DNA of 63,872 bases, filler included, from Octopus bimaculoides (taxonomy: Eukaryota): NCBI RefSeq assembly GCF_001194135.2. It is 6 parts of 5 records of this genome, joined end to end, with 100 filler letters (N's around TTAATTAATTAA, not from the genome) between each part and the next. Parts side by side here need not be neighbours in the genome. Positions count along the whole stretch, not along the records: positions 62,480 to 63,872 come from NC_068987.1; 5 more parts are not named here. One strand, written 5' to 3'. Made by a program: the position numbers and the translations under genes. Positions 63,467-63,872 of the stretch are shown piece by piece. Below the pieces are notes generated by a model, which was not told the DNA's origin, did no database searches, and saw only the letters and a list, made by a program, of their open reading frames with translations. Each line of letters opens with the position of its first letter. Position 1 is the stretch's first letter.

Positions 63467-63800
63467 CATTTCTTTTATTAGCCACACAGGGCTCAACAAA
63501 GATGGGACAAATACAATGTAGAGCTTTTCTTTTGGAGAGGGAGAAGGAAAAAAAAGCAGGGGTGTGTCGACCAAAAGGGATCGTAGGAAGGGAAAAAGGG
63601 GGAGTTCGATCAAAAGGGATCGAGAAAAAACAAAAAGAAAGCGATCAATAGGGATCGTGTATCACAGTAATGTTTTCGTGTAAAAAGAGGGGAGGACAGT
63701 TTAGGTTTAGCCGTGGAAAGAAAAGCCTACTGAAAAGACCACGGTAACCTTGGTCAATATTGTCATTGAAGAAACTATAACAGTAAGTGACTCTCTTCTG
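63467..63800 (-). mobile_element. Second Tx1-like 3' UTR, tail-to-tail with the first
   Basis: Reverse complement shares cctaaactgt..atccctattgat..ctctac..ttgtattt..gccctgtgtggcta(t)aataaaa with 63060-63302. Confidence 0.8.
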
Positions 63801-63872
63801 CCTTTTTGTTTTTTTTTTCTGGATTTTTTTTTCTAGTTCATAGGGTTATGCTCAAGGTGCCATCCTTGCTAC

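Overview
This is AT-rich, gap-ridden eukaryotic genomic DNA saturated with microsatellites. The SINE and microsatellite landscape suggests a coleoid cephalopod such as Octopus; this is inference, not database-confirmed. Almost all long ORFs in the track are artefacts of N-gaps or microsatellites. Only one host-gene exon is supportable: 38524-38641/38703 (+), the C-terminal helix of a PTB domain most like ANKS1/Odin. The rest is intron or intergenic sequence filled with decayed mobile elements. These include Penelope-like elements, R4/Dong-like RLE LINEs beside (TAA)n, Tx1/L1-like, RTE and CR1 LINEs, a Gypsy 3' end with LTR, several mariner/Tc1 and one hAT relic, three tRNA-derived SINE families and several MITEs. 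The most notable signal is not visible in the ORF track. It is a set of about 8 type-I hammerhead-ribozyme-like motifs from several unrelated sequence families, most with a palindromic helix III. One has a fully intact core (18573-18631, -) and sits in a near-perfect inverted repeat. Other points of interest are a CR1 LINE/SINE shared 3' stem-loop with compensatory changes, RLE fragments abutting TAA repeats, and two Tx1-like 3' ends facing each other across a 24-bp minisatellite. I see no evidence for a novel protein-coding system; the RNA-level findings need computational confirmation.
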